Below are positions 61,065 to 64,000 of a stretch of 64,000 nt of DNA, piece by piece. A program made the position numbers and the translations under genes. Under the pieces are notes generated by a model, which was not told the DNA's origin, ran no database searches, and worked only from the letters and a program-made list of their open reading frames with translations. Each line of letters opens with the position of its first letter. The first letter of the stretch is position 1. Source of the DNA: Macrostomum lignano (Eukaryota); the NCBI GenBank assembly GCA_002269645.1, contig NIVC01001111.1:62001-126000 (forward strand), read 5' to 3'.

Positions 61065-63845
61065 TCACGCTGCGTAAGAAAACTGAATATGGGGGAGGAA
61101 TGCTACGTAGCGGTCGTTCACACAACACGTAGCGAGTACGTCGTTAGCAGGGATTTCGAAGTAGTATTTGTCAACTGCGCAAAATGGATTGGCACGCAGG
61201 CGCCGAACGTGTGCGACTGAGCATCCGCCGTGGTCCGGTTCGCCAGTCAAGCGGTACAACGGATGATTGTCCTCGTGCGGCTCCACAGTCAGAAGGCGGC
61301 GTAGGCGAACCCATGCGCAATTGTCCCGGAGTTGAATTTCCTCAATTCGTGCGAATTCAAACGGCTGACGACAGTTAGGGATGAGGACAGTAACAAAGCA
61401 CGAGGCGGCGCGCTGGTGGATCAGGCGAGGCAAGAATATTTCAATGCGTAGCCCGCTGGTCAGTACTGCTTTGCCATACCGTGTGTCACCGCCCGCCAAT
61501 TGGCGGCGAATAGGATTGCGCAGTCGCACACCATCCGGCAGTCGAACCTCACCATTTGGTGGTCCCTCGCTGAAGATGTTGGGGAGTTGCAATTCGGCCA
61601 TCATTTGCCTTCGCGCCAATTGGCGCTGTAGGAGGCCGGCAACTTCGGTGTCAACATTCCTGGAGCCGTGAATTTTGGTGCGAAGATTCGCATGCGACGA
61701 CTCAAACAAGCCCGCAGACATCCTCCACATTGGCCCGTATAAAGTTACGTACGATACAAAGTGCTCACAAACTTGGTGTGCATTGTACGTAAGGGCCATG
61801 TTGGAGTACATCTGAGGCAGCTGACTGTAAAAGTAGTGCAGAAGCCGGCTGGCTTTCATCACTTCCATTAGAGGCGCTCCATCCAATGTAAGCCAGAACA
61901 TGGCCGTGGACAGTAGCTGAAGGTGCCAGTAGTAGCGGTCGGGCAGGATGCCTTCCATCACCATAGGGCCGTAGACGATTAACCATGCCTCAAGTTCGTG
62001 GCCCCGAAACATGCCGAGTTCATGGAAACTTCGGGGAGCACGTTGATGAGACAGGGGTACGTGAATCCGCGAAGAGGCAAGGTCCACATCTGCACGTCGC
62101 GAAACTAGATTGGGGTTATGCGCGTGGTACATGTCTGGTTTCTTAGGATGAAACAGCTGTTTCAAAATCCAGTGAACGAGTCCAAGATAGCACTGATGAA
62201 GCAGACACGGTGGACACCCATGCATGTAGTCGAAACCGTTTAACTGGTCCAACACTGACACGCACATAACGCCCAGATAGTTGTCCTTGCCGACCGGGAT
62301 GTTGTGCGCCAGTAGGCGCGTGTCTCGCAAGCTACGAGCGTGCGGTGTAATACAACCGACTGCGGTTGCCAGCGCAACCGCCTCTTCTTTGCCACTGACT
62401 GGGTACCGATTGGCACCCAATGATCTCTGCGTCTTCACATAGCAGTTGTCGCAGCCGAACTCTGCATTGTGACGCTTTAGACCGACAACCTCAGCTCTCT
62501 GTGGGGCATCCAAGACGAATAGGTACGGGTGCAGTCGAAGAAGACCAGGCGCGTCGCCTTCAGTGCCACCACCTGTGCTGTAGGTGATCCCGATAGACCG
62601 GAGCTCATTCAGCTCTCTAACAAGGCCGGGAAGGAAGGTGGATGTCTTGACTTTCGACTTTGCAGCCCAGAAACCACATACGACGATGAAACGCGATTTC
62701 ATTGCTTCGTGTACTTCGTTGATACTCAAGTACACTGGGCACATTTCCATCAGCGCGTCTGCAAATACTGGAAAGCCGTCGATGTTCACAGTATACGACA
62801 GATCTTGCTTCAAGTGTAGCCGAACTGAACGCTTGAAATGCCGATACTCGTCGCAACTGGATACTGAGACAAAATTACGATCTTCAGATGACAAATCGAC
62901 AGGGAAAGTTACGCTCTGTAGAAGCCGGCACTGTTCAATTAACTGTCTGATTTGCAATTTAAAGTCGGTGGTATAAAACTTGGATACGCCGGCCGGCGAC
63001 AGTTCCTTGTTACAATAAGTGCAATTTTCACGGTTCTGAGCCTGTGCTGACGTGACCTCAGCACTACAGGAGGAACAGAACAGTCGGGGTGGCGATGTAA
63101 AGTCGTTCGCGAATGCCTGGACTGTTTTCCGTAGTAAATATACACTACCAGGCAGGTTGCTACCGACTGGCACAGCTGCATGGAAGAGGCGAAGCAGGTC
63201 AGCTATGCCTTTCCTTGGCAGAGACTGGCGCTCGCTGAACAAATGCACATAGGCCGCAAACGAATCGTAGGTCAACGGAGAGTCTAGGAAAAGTGCGGCT
63301 CCATTTCTCCTACGCGGCTGCATATCCATAGCTTCTGGGTTATGGGTGGCTCCATTGCCAACACACGGTACATCCTCATCCTCTGGTGGGCGGTCATCTT
63401 CAGTGAAGTCCTCACAATCGTCGCACTGCTCGATGGCGTCCAACGCCATTGGAGCGCCACTCCAATAGTCGTCATCTGGAGCTTCTTCGCCTGGTTCCTC
63501 AACGATAGATCTAGAAGATACGTCCTCATCGTCGTTGTCTGAATACTGCGAGCCGGTAGGCTCGACGACCATGGGAGTCTGGACGCCACTGCTACATCCA
63601 CCTGTTGCCAATGCTGGCTGCCAGCTGCTGCCAACACTGGCTACACTGTTGCTTGTTTGCGCGTCATGAGTGGTTGGTACGTCATGAGTGGTCCGAGTTG
63701 CAGTTAGTAAATGGCTCACTGAAGCTTCTGCTCGTGTCGGACGGGCTGTCGCCGCAACTGTCTGTCTGAGTGATTCTTTGAGTCGACTGAAGCGCCGTGC
63801 GATGGCAACTGACTTCTTGTCGAGCTCTTTTAGTCGTTCAAGTGA
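61065..63845 (-). CDS. CACTA/EnSpm-type (Transposase_21/tnp2-like) DDE transposase; large exon from an acceptor at 63846-63847, 5' exon(s) not resolved
   Basis: Uninterrupted frame; CxxC..CxxC, NIDG, LDAP.RA.V.G.K.H.A.FGC..C, LLH...LG, FESSH motifs (D, D, E candidates present). Confidence 0.88.
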   Translation of the reverse strand, partial: SLERLKELDKKSVAIARRFSRLKESLRQTVAATARPTRAEASVSHLLTATRTTHDVPTTHDAQTSNSVASVGSSWQPALATGGCSSGVQTPMVVEPTGSQYSDNDDEDVSSRSIVEEPGEEAPDDDYWSGAPMALDAIEQCDDCEDFTEDDRPPEDEDVPCVGNGATHNPEAMDMQPRRRNGAALFLDSPLTYDSFAAYVHLFSERQSLPRKGIADLLRLFHAAVPVGSNLPGSVYLLRKTVQAFANDFTSPPRLFCSSCSAEVTSAQAQNRENCTYCNKELSPAGVSKFYTTDFKLQIRQLIEQCRLLQSVTFPVDLSSEDRNFVSVSSCDEYRHFKRSVRLHLKQDLSYTVNIDGFPVFADALMEMCPVYLSINEVHEAMKSRFIVVCGFWAAKSKVKTSTFLPGLVRELNELRSIGITYSTGGGTEGDAPGLLRLHPYLFVLDAPQRAEVVGLKRHNAEFGCDNCYVKTQRSLGANRYPVSGKEEAVALATAVGCITPHARSLRDTRLLAHNIPVGKDNYLGVMCVSVLDQLNGFDYMHGCPPCLLHQCYLGLVHWILKQLFHPKKPDMYHAHNPNLVSRRADVDLASSRIHVPLSHQRAPRSFHELGMFRGHELEAWLIVYGPMVMEGILPDRYYWHLQLLSTAMFWLTLDGAPLMEVMKASRLLHYFYSQLPQMYSNMALTYNAHQVCEHFVSYVTLYGPMWRMSAGLFESSHANLRTKIHGSRNVDTEVAGLLQRQLARRQMMAELQLPNIFSEGPPNGEVRLPDGVRLRNPIRRQLAGGDTRYGKAVLTSGLRIEIFLPRLIHQRAASCFVTVLIPNCRQPFEFARIEEIQLRDNCAWVRLRRLLTVEPHEDNHPLYRLTGEPDHGGCSVAHVRRLRANPFCAVDKYYFEIPANDVLATCCVNDRYVAFLPHIQFSYAA

Positions 63846-64000
63846 CTGAAAATGAAGAAATTGAATACCTGTGTGACTAGGAGAGAATCCGTACTAAAAT
63901 TGTTAATTAACAAATACCATCATTCTACTATCAGTTTAAATCAGTTTGCTATCTTAGCCCAAGAGCCAACAAAGGGCGAAGCAATGGTTTCACACTAAAC

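Larger units (their letters stand above)
53499..64000 (-). mobile_element. Large CACTA/EnSpm (CMC)-type DNA transposon with four co-oriented genes; the other end lies beyond the window
   Basis: Transposase_21-like ORF, BEN-like accessory ORF, 1.4-kb subterminal repeat array, candidate terminus CCCGGTTGAAAAAAATAC at 53499 (boundary inferred). Confidence 0.75.

Noticed and set aside
63846-63868. 23-nt GT...AG segment before the transposase exon
   Set aside because: Too short for a normal spliceosomal intron; the true donor is probably further upstream.

Overview
Animal genomic DNA with spliced genes and extreme simple/tandem-repeat density; the style resembles a free-living flatworm such as Macrostomum (inference only). 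Host genes: RACK1 exon 1 (-) head-to-head with a complete 4-exon PP2A catalytic subunit (+), a Tctex-1-domain gene (+), a 5-exon TASK-like K2P channel (+) whose exon-3 acceptor reads AT instead of AG, 4-exon delta-COP (-), a 2-exon MARCH-like RINGv E3 ligase (+) and an intronless FoxA (+). There are many MITEs, non-autonomous hAT elements and one full-length tRNA-SINE, several with recognisable TSDs. The most notable feature is a >10 kb CACTA/EnSpm (CMC)-type transposon from about 53.5 kb to the window end. It carries four co-oriented genes: an apparently intact transposase, a B-box protein, a CtIP/Sae2 C-terminal-domain protein lacking the CDK site, and a coiled-coil/BEN-like protein. A palindrome GAGCC-N4-GGCTC recurs 13 times through it. 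Also notable are CpG-depleted AT-rich zones downstream of housekeeping promoters and an intronic array of about 45 TCF HMG+Helper site pairs. All family calls are from motif recognition by eye; no searches were run.
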